A DNA stretch of 64,000 nucleotides, taken from the IMG/VR virus record IMGVR_UViG_3300022413_000352, positions 2,903 through 66,902 of that record. One strand, written 5' to 3'. The notes beneath the pieces were generated by a model. The model saw nothing but the letters and a program-made list of their open reading frames with translations, was not told the origin of the DNA and searched no databases. The translations under genes and the position numbers were made by a program. This DNA is from a virus. Positions 28,201 through 37,276 of the stretch are shown in pieces. The first letter of the stretch is position 1; each line of letters starts with the position of its first letter.

Positions 28201-30180
28201 CTATTGATTTTCCGGCCACATATCCTTAGGTAACTGTAAGAAATCCCCTTGCGTGTCCGTTGTATTACCCCTAGCCACCTTAACGACTTCTAGCCCTAGC
28301 CGATGCCTAACCTCATGCAAAGTCGTTCGCTTGAAGTCTTGCTGCTCTGCTAGCGTGGTGATTTCAACCCGATTCCATTTACAATCCGGGGCGTTGTATA
28401 GCAGTTCATACAGCCACACAAAACACCGATTCCGCTCAATCGGTGCGGGTCCACGTCCACTTGGATTAAGGTCTTCGCCAGTGAATGGTGAAACCCCACC
28501 CCATGAGAATTCACCCTCAACCCTAGAAAAGCGCATTGATTTTGGAATACGCCCATGGTTGAGTTTTACCACTGAGAGGATGGCGTAGTTGTTATCCTGT
28601 GGATCGCCGTTCACAGTCAGGACGGCTCTAGGCACGCTGCTAAACTCATGACTACCCGCGATCCCATAAGCCGCGCTAGTCTGTGCCGCTTTCGGTGGAT
28701 GTGCGATAAGCACAATCGCGAGCTTGTATTGTTCAGCGAGCCGAGAGAGCCCCAGCATAATCGGACGGACATGCTCACCCTTGTTCATGTCCTTACCTGG
28801 CGGAAAGAACGACTGGAACGGGTCAAATATCACCATTCTGGGTCGGTACTTCTCAAAGGTCCGAGCCAGTAACGTCAATTGATCCAGATAAACGGGATAG
28901 ATCGTTTCCTTTTCTTGCCCGTATGGCACGAGTTCCGAGCTTTGGGTACCGGGTATGATTTTAACATTACTGGGGTCATACCCAGCCGCTTGTAATCTTG
29001 GGATGATACTAGCGGAAGGTGAATCTTCACCTGGATAAATAAGCACTGTCCCTGGTTCCACTTTACAGGTTGGCTTACCGTATTTGTCCGGTAGAAATCC
29101 TCCGATAGTAACAGTGGCACCAATACCATAGACAGCGGTGGACTTCCCTGAACCACCCTTGCCCGCAATGATGGATAGATCGCCAGTAGGAATGTAATTT
29201 TCCCATAACCACGTATGCTCAACTGGCTTGAATTCATCCGGGCGCTTAACGATAAGTGATCGGGTCGGCATAAATAACCTCGATGTTTCCGCTTTGGTTT
29301 TAGGCTTTACATAGTCCTCGGTTAGTGATGCTAATTCCACCAACTCATTGATTGTGTGCCCATCTTCTAACCAATCATAGACATCATCCTTCTCACTCAA
29401 CCCCTCAAACGTGAGAATTTGGCAGCGCTGGCGGACTTTCCATAGACTACTAGCAATATCAAGGGCGTATAACTTTCCAGCATCGTCATTATCTGGTATA
29501 ATGACAATGTTGGAGGCACCCATAAGCGAGGTCGCATAACCCGTCGCATGTGGTTGTGTCCAGCCTTTAGAGCCGCCTGCTGAAGTGGTCGCGCAAAGGT
29601 TTTCTTGCAACAACCTGTCGGCACACTTCTCGCCCTCGACGATGTAAATAGTGTCTCCGTGTTCTATGGCGTCGATCACTGCCGGTAGCTGGTACAGGTA
29701 GCGTTCGACGCCGTTCATATTCCATTGTGTTTGCCCCTGCCAATCCGTATGACACTGACGGAATGTTTTCTTTCCGTTTGCATCCTCATACCGATGAACC
29801 TGATACGCCTCAGTCCCCTCACCATCGTAATAGGACCACGTATTTACTAGCTCTTTAGGCACTGGCGGCTTAGGTGGTGCCTTTTCAATCGGTGCACGGG
29901 GTACGGATTGAATATAATTGGGTCGGCGTTGTCCAAAGCGGATATCGTGCCCCGTTGTCTGCTCTATGGCGTCACAGATATCCCTCCATCTACATCCGCT
30001 GAAACAATTTACCTCGATACCTCTAGGGCTATCCTTTAGCGATAGAGACGGGTTAGTGTCATTGTGAGCGGGACAGTTGGTCATCCATCCATCAGGGACA
30101 CGCGCGGCTTTATCTGTTCGGGATAACAACAGTGCGAGTTCTTGTGCTGTAATATCGGAACGGTCGGGATTTATCGGCAT
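28201..30180 (-). CDS. Primase-helicase (Zn-binding, TOPRIM, RecA-like AAA_25 helicase)
   Basis: CPAHNDTNPSLS..CFSGC; IVEGEKCAD; IIPDNDDAG; DVYDWL; Walker A GKGGSGKS; IFDP; LIAH. Confidence 0.88.
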   Translation of the reverse strand: MPINPDRSDITAQELALLLSRTDKAARVPDGWMTNCPAHNDTNPSLSLKDSPRGIEVNCFSGCRWRDICDAIEQTTGHDIRFGQRRPNYIQSVPRAPIEKAPPKPPVPKELVNTWSYYDGEGTEAYQVHRYEDANGKKTFRQCHTDWQGQTQWNMNGVERYLYQLPAVIDAIEHGDTIYIVEGEKCADRLLQENLCATTSAGGSKGWTQPHATGYATSLMGASNIVIIPDNDDAGKLYALDIASSLWKVRQRCQILTFEGLSEKDDVYDWLEDGHTINELVELASLTEDYVKPKTKAETSRLFMPTRSLIVKRPDEFKPVEHTWLWENYIPTGDLSIIAGKGGSGKSTAVYGIGATVTIGGFLPDKYGKPTCKVEPGTVLIYPGEDSPSASIIPRLQAAGYDPSNVKIIPGTQSSELVPYGQEKETIYPVYLDQLTLLARTFEKYRPRMVIFDPFQSFFPPGKDMNKGEHVRPIMLGLSRLAEQYKLAIVLIAHPPKAAQTSAAYGIAGSHEFSSVPRAVLTVNGDPQDNNYAILSVVKLNHGRIPKSMRFSRVEGEFSWGGVSPFTGEDLNPSGRGPAPIERNRCFVWLYELLYNAPDCKWNRVEITTLAEQQDFKRTTLHEVRHRLGLEVVKVARGNTTDTQGDFLQLPKDMWPENQ

Positions 30181-30182
30181 GA

Positions 30183-30395
30183 TCAATATCTTTCCTTGGC
30201 AATGTAGCAATAGTCTCGAACGTACCCGAGTTTAGCAGCCATCTTAGCAGTTACTTCACGGCGACGTGTCAGCATCTCGCTCAATTGGCTGGGTGAGATA
30301 TCCAACTCAATCGCAGCTTCCCGTTGGCTGCTGTAAGTGCCAATGAATTCCACCAGTGCGTCATACATTTGGTCAGTAGTTAATAGGGTCGGCAT
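30183..30395 (-). CDS. XRE/Cro-like HTH regulator
   Basis: SQREAAIELDISPSQLSEMLTRRR. Confidence 0.75.
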   Translation of the reverse strand: MPTLLTTDQMYDALVEFIGTYSSQREAAIELDISPSQLSEMLTRRREVTAKMAAKLGYVRDYCYIAKERY

Positions 30396-30443
30396 GCCAT
30401 AATCCTCCTGTTTTGTATTTTGCGAATCACTAAAACTATGTAT

Positions 30444-30472
30444 ACTATAGTACCCAACGCCTACCTTGTCAA
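30444..30472 (-). promoter_or_regulatory. Leftward sigma70 promoter (Cro/primase operon)
   Basis: TTGACA-17 bp-TATAGT on the minus strand. Confidence 0.65.
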
Positions 30473-30497
30473 GCCATAAAATAATACCCGATTTATG

Positions 30498-30525
30498 TTG
30501 ACAACATGCTAAAACATTGTATATT
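30498..30525 (+). promoter_or_regulatory. Rightward sigma70 promoter (early operon)
   Basis: TTGACA-16 bp-TATATT, divergent from the leftward promoter. Confidence 0.55.
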
Positions 30526-30568
30526 TGTAGTAGGTAGTCAGTTAAAACAAATTGTAAAGGGGTATGAC

Positions 30569-30763
30569 ATGGTTAAGTACAATAAAGTGGTCGCGATTCA
30601 GTATGCCGAACGCCAAGTGGAATTGCTGGAGATTATTTGCGAGCACACGAACAGAAAACGGGGCGAGCACCTACGGGAAGCGCTGGATAAGCATATCGAG
30701 AAAGTGGGTGAAGAGCTGAGTAAAAAGGGGATTCATATTTGGGCGGAACCGGCGGTGAAGTGA
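30569..30763 (+). CDS. Ribbon-helix-helix DNA-binding protein
   Basis: Beta strand VVAIQY followed by QVELLEIICEHTNRKRGEHLREALD helices. Confidence 0.6.
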   Translation: MVKYNKVVAIQYAERQVELLEIICEHTNRKRGEHLREALDKHIEKVGEELSKKGIHIWAEPAVK

Positions 30764-31146
30764 TACCGACAATAGCATTAAAAGAATTAATGGAAAGGGT
30801 TAAAATGCCAATAATAGACGATGAAAAACCACGTGGGAGTGACGCTGCGTTTAGAGCGGAATGGGTTCACCAGATAATCGGTGGGATTTCTGTAGAAATA
30901 GAAAAATTACATAATAGGATTACAAGTGAACAATATGACTATGATGGTTTTCATAGTCTAGGTCCGTTTAAAGACGACGATGAGAACTATAAAGTGAATC
31001 TGAATGCATTAGACCTGTACCTTAGTGATATAGAGGACTTGTTCCGCGAAACTCGCAAAACAAGGCAACGTATAAATTATCGCCTAAACAAGTTGGGGTG
31101 TGAAACATGGAAACAATTCAGCATGAAACAGCACAAGGAATACTAG
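30739..31146 (+). CDS. Hypothetical protein
   Basis: Helical ORF in the early operon. Confidence 0.5.
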   Translation: MGGTGGEVIPTIALKELMERVKMPIIDDEKPRGSDAAFRAEWVHQIIGGISVEIEKLHNRITSEQYDYDGFHSLGPFKDDDENYKVNLNALDLYLSDIEDLFRETRKTRQRINYRLNKLGCETWKQFSMKQHKEY

Positions 31147-31148
31147 CA

Positions 31149-32369
31149 ATGCCAGAGTTGACCCAAGAAGTGATGGCGTTTCAAGAGCCTGACACTACGC
31201 CTACTTCCGAGCCAGGGCGTAGCCTCGCAGCCACTAAAGAAGAGAGGTTAGCGGTATATAGTGATCAGTGCTATCAAAGCCGAGATAAGGCTTTAGATGC
31301 ATTCTTACAGCTTGGTACGGCGCTACATTATGCCCGTGAAGAGTTCCCATCTAATAATTTGTTTGGAGAATGGCTAAAGACTGAGGTGCCGTGGTTGGGG
31401 GCAAGGGAGGCTTATCGGCTTCGGATTGCAGCCGAACGATATGTGATATCCGTTCGGCAAAATTTGCCGAACGGCTTACTGGACTCAAAATTATCTTGGG
31501 GGGCTATAACTGAAATCGTCGAATCCAACGCCCCCGAGGAAATCAAAACAGCCATTGACGAAATCGTCATAGGCGACGGCATTAAACTAACCGCCGCTCA
31601 AATCCGAGAGCTGATGGCAAAAGCCCAAGAGCAAGAGGATGCCTTGAAACAACGGTCTGTAGACGAAGTGCTTACCGACGCTCAAATAGCCGAGATTCGC
31701 GCTAATGCCATACGCGATCTAAGGGAACAGATGAACCAAGAGCACACCGAGCGCATCGAAGCTTTAAAAGCCGAAAAGGAGAAAGAAAAAAATCAGGCGA
31801 TATTCGACTCCCATGCTAATCTAATCAAAGAGATAGGAGACCTTCAGGCAAAGATTGATGAGTTTGACAATCAAGATGATCTCCAAGGGCGCATCGATGA
31901 GTTAATATTAGAGCTGAATAAAAAAACAGAAACCATTGAAACGATGGAGGTTTCAGAACTAAATGAAGTCCAGAGGTTAAAAGGCGAGTTATTAGATGCG
32001 GAGACCGGGTTGAAGGAGCGCAATGATTTACTCATTGAGGTTAATAAGCTCAAGGCTCGATTAAAAGAAGCTCGCACACCGATTATAATCGATGGTGAAC
32101 ATAAGTCCCCGGATCAGATAAGGGACTGTTTTGTAGGTATATGGGGATCATTTGAGCCGTTATTAGTATGTATAAAACGGTTGGCATTGCTAATGTCGGG
32201 AGATGAGGAATCCCAAGAAATTGTTATTGATTACGCTCGACCCGAGTTCAATGCAATGATCACGCACTTATGTCAGGCATTGGATGAATTACCCCCAATT
32301 GTAAAGGAGGCGTTGAGCACGGCAAAACTTGATAGCGGAACTATTATTGACGTTACACCAGGGAGGTAG
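31149..32369 (+). CDS. Coiled-coil protein with DUF3102-like N-terminus
   Basis: FLQLGTALHYAR..FGEWLK..REAYRLRIAAE; long heptad repeats. Confidence 0.55.
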   Translation: MPELTQEVMAFQEPDTTPTSEPGRSLAATKEERLAVYSDQCYQSRDKALDAFLQLGTALHYAREEFPSNNLFGEWLKTEVPWLGAREAYRLRIAAERYVISVRQNLPNGLLDSKLSWGAITEIVESNAPEEIKTAIDEIVIGDGIKLTAAQIRELMAKAQEQEDALKQRSVDEVLTDAQIAEIRANAIRDLREQMNQEHTERIEALKAEKEKEKNQAIFDSHANLIKEIGDLQAKIDEFDNQDDLQGRIDELILELNKKTETIETMEVSELNEVQRLKGELLDAETGLKERNDLLIEVNKLKARLKEARTPIIIDGEHKSPDQIRDCFVGIWGSFEPLLVCIKRLALLMSGDEESQEIVIDYARPEFNAMITHLCQALDELPPIVKEALSTAKLDSGTIIDVTPGR

Positions 32370-32373
32370 GGTA

Positions 32374-33144
32374 GTGGAAAATCTAAATTTAGCTAAACAG
32401 CCTGAGCCTATTGGACCTATTATTAATGAACACCTGTATCGGATATTAGACGGTCCTGCTATTGCATTGGTTGAGTTGGTTGCAGCGAGTAAACACGGGA
32501 AAAAATTTACTAAGGAGGAATTACAACAATCCATTGGGTGGCATCGACAAGTACAGCCATCATTACATGATTCAAAAGGTGCCCCTCTTGCCGATGATGA
32601 CAAAAGGAAATCTGAAAAAGCTGCCACTATAGCAGAAAGGAATAGATGGACAGAAACACTTTCAAAGTTTAGAGACTTTCATGCCCAGTATATCCGATGT
32701 GACCACAGGGGATTGATAGAGGAAATGGTTCGTGTCAATAAGAAATCACCAAGGTCAAAAGTTGAAACAGATATGGGCATGAGGGTGAATTCCTATCATA
32801 AGTATAGGATTGTAAAGGGTCCAGAATCAATCGTAGTTGCATTGCGTTTCAACAGAGTTCAGCGCAGAAAAACATCCAGGGTATCTCCAAAGTTCCAATG
32901 GTTACGAGAGTACTCAAGGGGCATTGTATCTGAGAGAGTTCTCGGCATTATCATTAAACGGGAGGAGTTAAATAGAAAAGCCGAGTTGGCAGTTGCTGAG
33001 TACCGAGCGAGTGAAGATGAGTTAATGTACGAGCTTCTCAGTATTTCAGGGGCTATTCAACTGGGCTTGTTTGACGAAATAGACGATCCACTTGATATGC
33101 TCCCACCAGGTCGCAACGACATTGAGGAAGAAGTAGACGAATAA
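32374..33144 (+). CDS. Hypothetical protein with C-terminal QLGLF clamp-binding-like motif
   Basis: GGAGG RBS and GTG start; QLGLF followed by an acidic tail. Confidence 0.55.
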   Translation: MENLNLAKQPEPIGPIINEHLYRILDGPAIALVELVAASKHGKKFTKEELQQSIGWHRQVQPSLHDSKGAPLADDDKRKSEKAATIAERNRWTETLSKFRDFHAQYIRCDHRGLIEEMVRVNKKSPRSKVETDMGMRVNSYHKYRIVKGPESIVVALRFNRVQRRKTSRVSPKFQWLREYSRGIVSERVLGIIIKREELNRKAELAVAEYRASEDELMYELLSISGAIQLGLFDEIDDPLDMLPPGRNDIEEEVDE

Positions 33145-33160
33145 ATCTCAAGCCATTAAA

Positions 33161-33194
33161 TCCTTCGATGGCCTCACGTGAGGCCATCGAAGGA
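33161..33194. repeat. Perfect 34-bp palindrome
   Basis: TCCTTCGATGGCCTCAC|GTGAGGCCATCGAAGGA. Confidence 0.9.
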
Positions 33195-33238
33195 AAGAAC
33201 TAATCAATTAAAGCATTTTAGCGCTAAAGGGGCAAAGC

Positions 33239-33439
33239 ATGAATAAGAACGTCATCGACTTTGAAGCCGCCAAACGCCACGAGGAAATCCGAGACATTGC
33301 TTTAGACATTTACGTCACCTCTGTGGCTGAGAACATGGACCTAAGCGTATCCGATCTTGACTTCAACCTAACCGCCGCATGGGAAGCCGCCGCACAGTTC
33401 GTGGACTTTGCGGAAAACAAAAAACGTGAGCTGAGGTAA
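33239..33439 (+). CDS. Hypothetical protein
   Basis: 66 aa with AAGGGG RBS. Confidence 0.5.
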   Translation: MNKNVIDFEAAKRHEEIRDIALDIYVTSVAENMDLSVSDLDFNLTAAWEAAAQFVDFAENKKRELR

Positions 33440-33978
33440 TGCCTATGGATATGATAGTCAAAGTCCCACAGTCCCATCTATCCCTTAAGTGGAAAAAGAT
33501 TTTCTTTAGGGGTAATGACTTGGGATTATCGAAAGGGCAAATATGGGGCTGTGAGAGCGTGACAGAGCTACAGGCATTAGTTGATGTGGCTTACAAAGAA
33601 ATTGTCAACCGACACCATCCAGACCGACTGCTTACATCCGACTCTAAGCACGTACCGTGGGAAAAGGGGATGCCGCGACCGGTACAATATGAGTACGAAC
33701 TAGGCGTCTGGCTATCGATCCCAGAGGCATCCCGTCAGTTTGGGATACATCCGGCGACATTGGTTAGGCGACTAAAACGGGGGCATACGCTATATGAATC
33801 TGTTCATAAAACGCCAGGGAAGGTTATGTTTCGGACTCAACAGAGTCCATCCTTACTGAGGAAGGCGCACATTGCACGACGGTTCTTCAATCAACTTGTA
33901 GTGTTACCGGCAAGATCGACAGAGGTGACCGGGTTTGTGGTTTCCGATAGCTTACCCTTGGGTATGGAAAGGTGGTAA
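33439..33978 (+). CDS. Hypothetical protein with J-domain-like HPD segment and HTH
   Basis: AYKEIVNRHHPDR; SIPEASRQFGIHPATLVRRLKRG. Confidence 0.45.
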   Translation: MPMDMIVKVPQSHLSLKWKKIFFRGNDLGLSKGQIWGCESVTELQALVDVAYKEIVNRHHPDRLLTSDSKHVPWEKGMPRPVQYEYELGVWLSIPEASRQFGIHPATLVRRLKRGHTLYESVHKTPGKVMFRTQQSPSLLRKAHIARRFFNQLVVLPARSTEVTGFVVSDSLPLGMERW

Positions 33979-33980
33979 CA

Positions 33981-34361
33981 ATGAAAACAGCCTTGATCGC
34001 ATTTACCACACTGATTTTACTCATGGCATGTGGTGCTGGGAGTGGAGATACGCGCGACGACTTCATAATTGATGATCTCGTGATCAGCGTCGATGATCAC
34101 GAAGCCGGGGCGCTTCGATTAGTCATGAGTCAACTCACCATTTTTGATCAGGGTCAAGAGATCTTTTGTGGCGGTGCAACCCAAGAAACCCAGATTGATG
34201 ATGGCATGGGGGGGCATGTAACCTGTATCTATACGTGTCAGGGGTCAGTGATCGGAATGGATGAGAGATTCTACACCGTTCAGATGGAGTGGCGACGGAC
34301 AGACAACAATCAACTATACGCCGATGCTGTTGAGATCGAGCAAGATTTGTTATGTGAATGA
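33981..34361 (+). CDS. Lipoprotein (paralogue of 52689-53084)
   Basis: MKTALIAFTTLILLMAC lipobox; TC..TC..RFY..WRR. Confidence 0.65.
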   Translation: MKTALIAFTTLILLMACGAGSGDTRDDFIIDDLVISVDDHEAGALRLVMSQLTIFDQGQEIFCGGATQETQIDDGMGGHVTCIYTCQGSVIGMDERFYTVQMEWRRTDNNQLYADAVEIEQDLLCE

Positions 34362-34368
34362 AACTAAC

Positions 34369-34416
34369 TGGTGAAATGTGGGTTTGTGGGTTTGTGGGTT
34401 TGTGGAAATGTGGGTG
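34369..34416 (+). repeat. Tandem 8-bp repeats TGTGG(GTT/AAA)
   Basis: TGTGGGTT x3, TGTGGAAA and TGTGGGTG in phase. Confidence 0.8.
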
Positions 34417-34447
34417 TGCCTCTAGAAATAATTAGATGCGCTACTTT

Positions 34448-34480
34448 AAAAACCGCTGAGAGAGATCGGCGGTTTTTTTT
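34448..34480 (+). terminator. Intrinsic terminator (possibly bidirectional)
   Basis: AAAAACCGCTGA..TCGGCGGTTTTTTTT. Confidence 0.75.
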
Positions 34481-34572
34481 GTGTTTAAGTGCATTTTAGT
34501 GGTTGCCATACATGGACAATATATGCTAAGATTATAGACAGTTAATCAAGTCAAATAGAAAGGGGCTTATTT

Positions 34573-34767
34573 TTGGAACCACTACTAATCAGCGCTGATA
34601 AAGCATTCGAGTTGATCGGTGTTAAACGAGCTAAGGGCTACCAGATGATCAAGTCTGGCGAGTTACCCACGGTCAAAATTGGGAATCTTCACAAGGTATC
34701 CGTCGCACAGTTGAAGCAATGGGTACTTGATAGAACCGAAGCAATGGAAGGGGCACAACATGACTGA
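34573..34767 (+). CDS. Excisionase-like HTH DNA-binding protein
   Basis: LLISADKAFELIGVKRAKGYQMIKSGELPTVKIG..V...L.QW. Confidence 0.8.
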   Translation: MEPLLISADKAFELIGVKRAKGYQMIKSGELPTVKIGNLHKVSVAQLKQWVLDRTEAMEGAQHD

Positions 34768-35803
34768 GACAGCAGTAGCCACACGTGACAATGCAGTAAG
34801 CCAAATACCCGACCGAGTTCAGTCTGAGATATTACCGGCATTGATGAACGCCAAAGCGCTCAACCCGGCATTTGATGATCGAATGGTGACCTCATTCCAG
34901 GCGCACCTTGAGATGGCGTTTGCACAAGAGCCAAGACTTCGGGAATGCACGCCGATATCGATCTTTAAGGCGGTATCGAGCTGTATCATAAACGGGTTGC
35001 TGCCGACCCGAGACGCCCATCTGGTACCATTCGGTAAAGATGTTACCCTACTACCCGAAGCCAAGGGACTAGTTAAAGCATTGAAGCGTCACCCGGACAT
35101 CGTCGATTTCCAGACGGGCTTGGTTCACTCAGGTGATGAGTTCAGTGATGGGGCGATGTTTGAGGAACCGTATCATCGGAAAAGCCGCGATCCAAATCCT
35201 GGGAAGTTCCAAGGCTCTTACTGTGTCGTCTTGTTTAAAGATCGCCATAAAAAGTGTGAGTTCGTTTCAGCGATGCGACTCGACCAATTACGTAAGATGA
35301 GCCGTAGCGCGGACGGGCCAGCATGGAAAGGCAGTCCTGGTGAGATGCAGCGAGCCAAAGCAATCCAGGCATGGGTCTCACGATACGGGCATGAGTATCT
35401 ATCTCCCGACTTGATCCAACCGCTGATGGATGTGGAATCAGCACCGATCCAGCTTGAAGCGGTAACAGACGAGGAAGAGGCTGCGATGATCGAGAACTTG
35501 TTCGGGTCAAGCGACAAGGATGGATACCAGCATCCGGCAATGGCGCAAATCCAAAATATCCCGACACCATCATGGCCTGTGGAAGAGCCGGAGCCGGAGA
35601 GACTAGAAGCCGACATATCAGAGGCGGAGCACCAAGCCGCAATCGATCAGATCGAATGCCTCAGAACACTTTACAAGTTCGAGACACGGCGCATGACCGC
35701 AGCTATCAAATTGTATGGGAAGGACACGGTTGATGAGCTGACGTATGCTGAGAAATTGAAACTAATTAAATCGATGTCTCAAGCTGGAGATACCCCACAA
35801 TAA
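34760..35803 (+). CDS. recT: RecT-family ssDNA annealing protein
   Basis: PRLRECTPISIF..GLLP..AHLVPFG..VHSGDEF..GPAW..EMQRAKAI. Confidence 0.8.
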   Translation: MTETAVATRDNAVSQIPDRVQSEILPALMNAKALNPAFDDRMVTSFQAHLEMAFAQEPRLRECTPISIFKAVSSCIINGLLPTRDAHLVPFGKDVTLLPEAKGLVKALKRHPDIVDFQTGLVHSGDEFSDGAMFEEPYHRKSRDPNPGKFQGSYCVVLFKDRHKKCEFVSAMRLDQLRKMSRSADGPAWKGSPGEMQRAKAIQAWVSRYGHEYLSPDLIQPLMDVESAPIQLEAVTDEEEAAMIENLFGSSDKDGYQHPAMAQIQNIPTPSWPVEEPEPERLEADISEAEHQAAIDQIECLRTLYKFETRRMTAAIKLYGKDTVDELTYAEKLKLIKSMSQAGDTPQ

Positions 35804-35890
35804 ACGAAGCATTCACTCGTAGTGAGTGCTTGGCGATAGGTGAAACAATGCCCGTTGCGTAGCTTATCGCCACCTCAAAGGGAGACGAAA

Positions 35891-36370
35891 ATGCCTGTAA
35901 AATTAACGATCGAGCAAGCCAAGAAACGATTCAAACATAACAGTGAGCTAACTGAGACCGGTTGCAGGGAATGGAAGAAGACGATCACTCTTCGGGGCTA
36001 TGCGAGTTGGCCGACCGGAATTCCGTATTTTAAGACGAACCTGGGACATCGAATCGCCTGGATACTTGAGAATGGTGAGATTCCCAAAGGCGCAAAGATC
36101 ATCCACACCTGCAAAAATAAGACCTGCATAAATATTGACCACCTAAGAATTTTACATACCGACACCTCAATCAAAAATAAGGTAATGATTCAGCGACAAG
36201 ATGATGATGGGAAGTGGATTGATATGATGGCATTCCCTTCCGACTCAAACGGAAACGCAGACGACTCTGACGCATTTCGAATGGCATTACATAGGGCGAG
36301 GATGTACACCGATGCGCCAGTAAGAAAATCATTTCGGCGAGTCACAAAAAACAAGAAAGCCAAGGGGTAA
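35891..36370 (+). CDS. HNH endonuclease
   Basis: GCREW..GY..HRIAW..GEIPKG..IIHTCKNKTCINIDHL. Confidence 0.8.
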   Translation: MPVKLTIEQAKKRFKHNSELTETGCREWKKTITLRGYASWPTGIPYFKTNLGHRIAWILENGEIPKGAKIIHTCKNKTCINIDHLRILHTDTSIKNKVMIQRQDDDGKWIDMMAFPSDSNGNADDSDAFRMALHRARMYTDAPVRKSFRRVTKNKKAKG

Positions 36371-36373
36371 GGC

Positions 36374-36625
36374 GTGGAAAAGATCTCAATTGACCAAGCA
36401 TGGGAAGCATACTCGATCGAAGTCCTAAAGGCGTCTGATGTATTCGCTGGCAGTGCCCAATACAACCGGATACGTCGAGCATTTTACTGTGGGGCAATGG
36501 TGTATTTTGAGTTCACTCAGTTGATCTGCCAGGAACCCGACCCAGAGGTTGGACTTGAGAGTATTAACGGGATCGCTGTTGAACTCGACTCATTTGCCAC
36601 AGGGATGCAAGAGGGGCGCTGGTGA
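36374..36625 (+). CDS. Hypothetical phage protein
   Basis: Q...RRAFYCGA motif; last gene of the early operon. Confidence 0.55.
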   Translation: MEKISIDQAWEAYSIEVLKASDVFAGSAQYNRIRRAFYCGAMVYFEFTQLICQEPDPEVGLESINGIAVELDSFATGMQEGRW

Positions 36626-37276
36626 TCGTAAGCGCTTCCCACCATCTTTGGGAGAGAGCTAATCCTTCGGGCTCTCTCCGTCGATGGTGACGCTTGACCC
36701 TAGTCCGGCACCTACCTTAAAGCAAGAATCAAAATTGCTCAGTGAGTATCCTATTGCACCGATTTTGACATCGGGCATTCGCCATGTTTGGCGACAAAGG
36801 AAGCCTTGCTTTTCCATATCTCTCTCCTAAAAAGATTGTGGGTTGGTCGCTGTGTGAGCGTACCATTCCAGAGTTAGGCAGCTGTTGCCACCATACGATA
36901 AAAGGGGTGCTCTATTTTGTGCCAACCGTCTTATGGTTTTTGACCAACAGTTAGCGAATGAACACACCATCAAAGCACGAGGGCTCTCTTTTATCGTTTG
37001 CTATATCCTCACTCACATTGGGCACACTTTATAAGTGTGAGCATATGCTTTTACACGAGAGCTGTATGTGAGGCTAGGGTTCGCAAAACCCATAGAAGCG
37101 ACCCAACAGCACAAGGGATGTTGACGCGCTACTAGCACCTAAAAAGGTGGCTAACTAATGAGTAAATGTTACGGTAAATTTGGTGGGAAATCAAGCGAAT
37201 CATTCACTTGGCATTAACGAAACAACCCTTTTCCCCAAAGGTAATATTTGCGCGTCATTACCAAGTGCCGGGTATA

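Noticed and set aside
32374-33144. Gene next to the palindrome as a protelomerase
   Set aside because: No recognisable tyrosine-recombinase-like catalytic pattern
35891-36370. HNH protein as the missing relaxase
   Set aside because: Looks like an ordinary phage HNH endonuclease in the recombination operon; nothing links it to tra
37020-37045. Resemblance of CACACTTTAT..AGTGTG to a pMV158-type oriT
   Set aside because: Match is short and partial, and no MOB_V relaxase is present; kept only as part of a weak oriT candidate region
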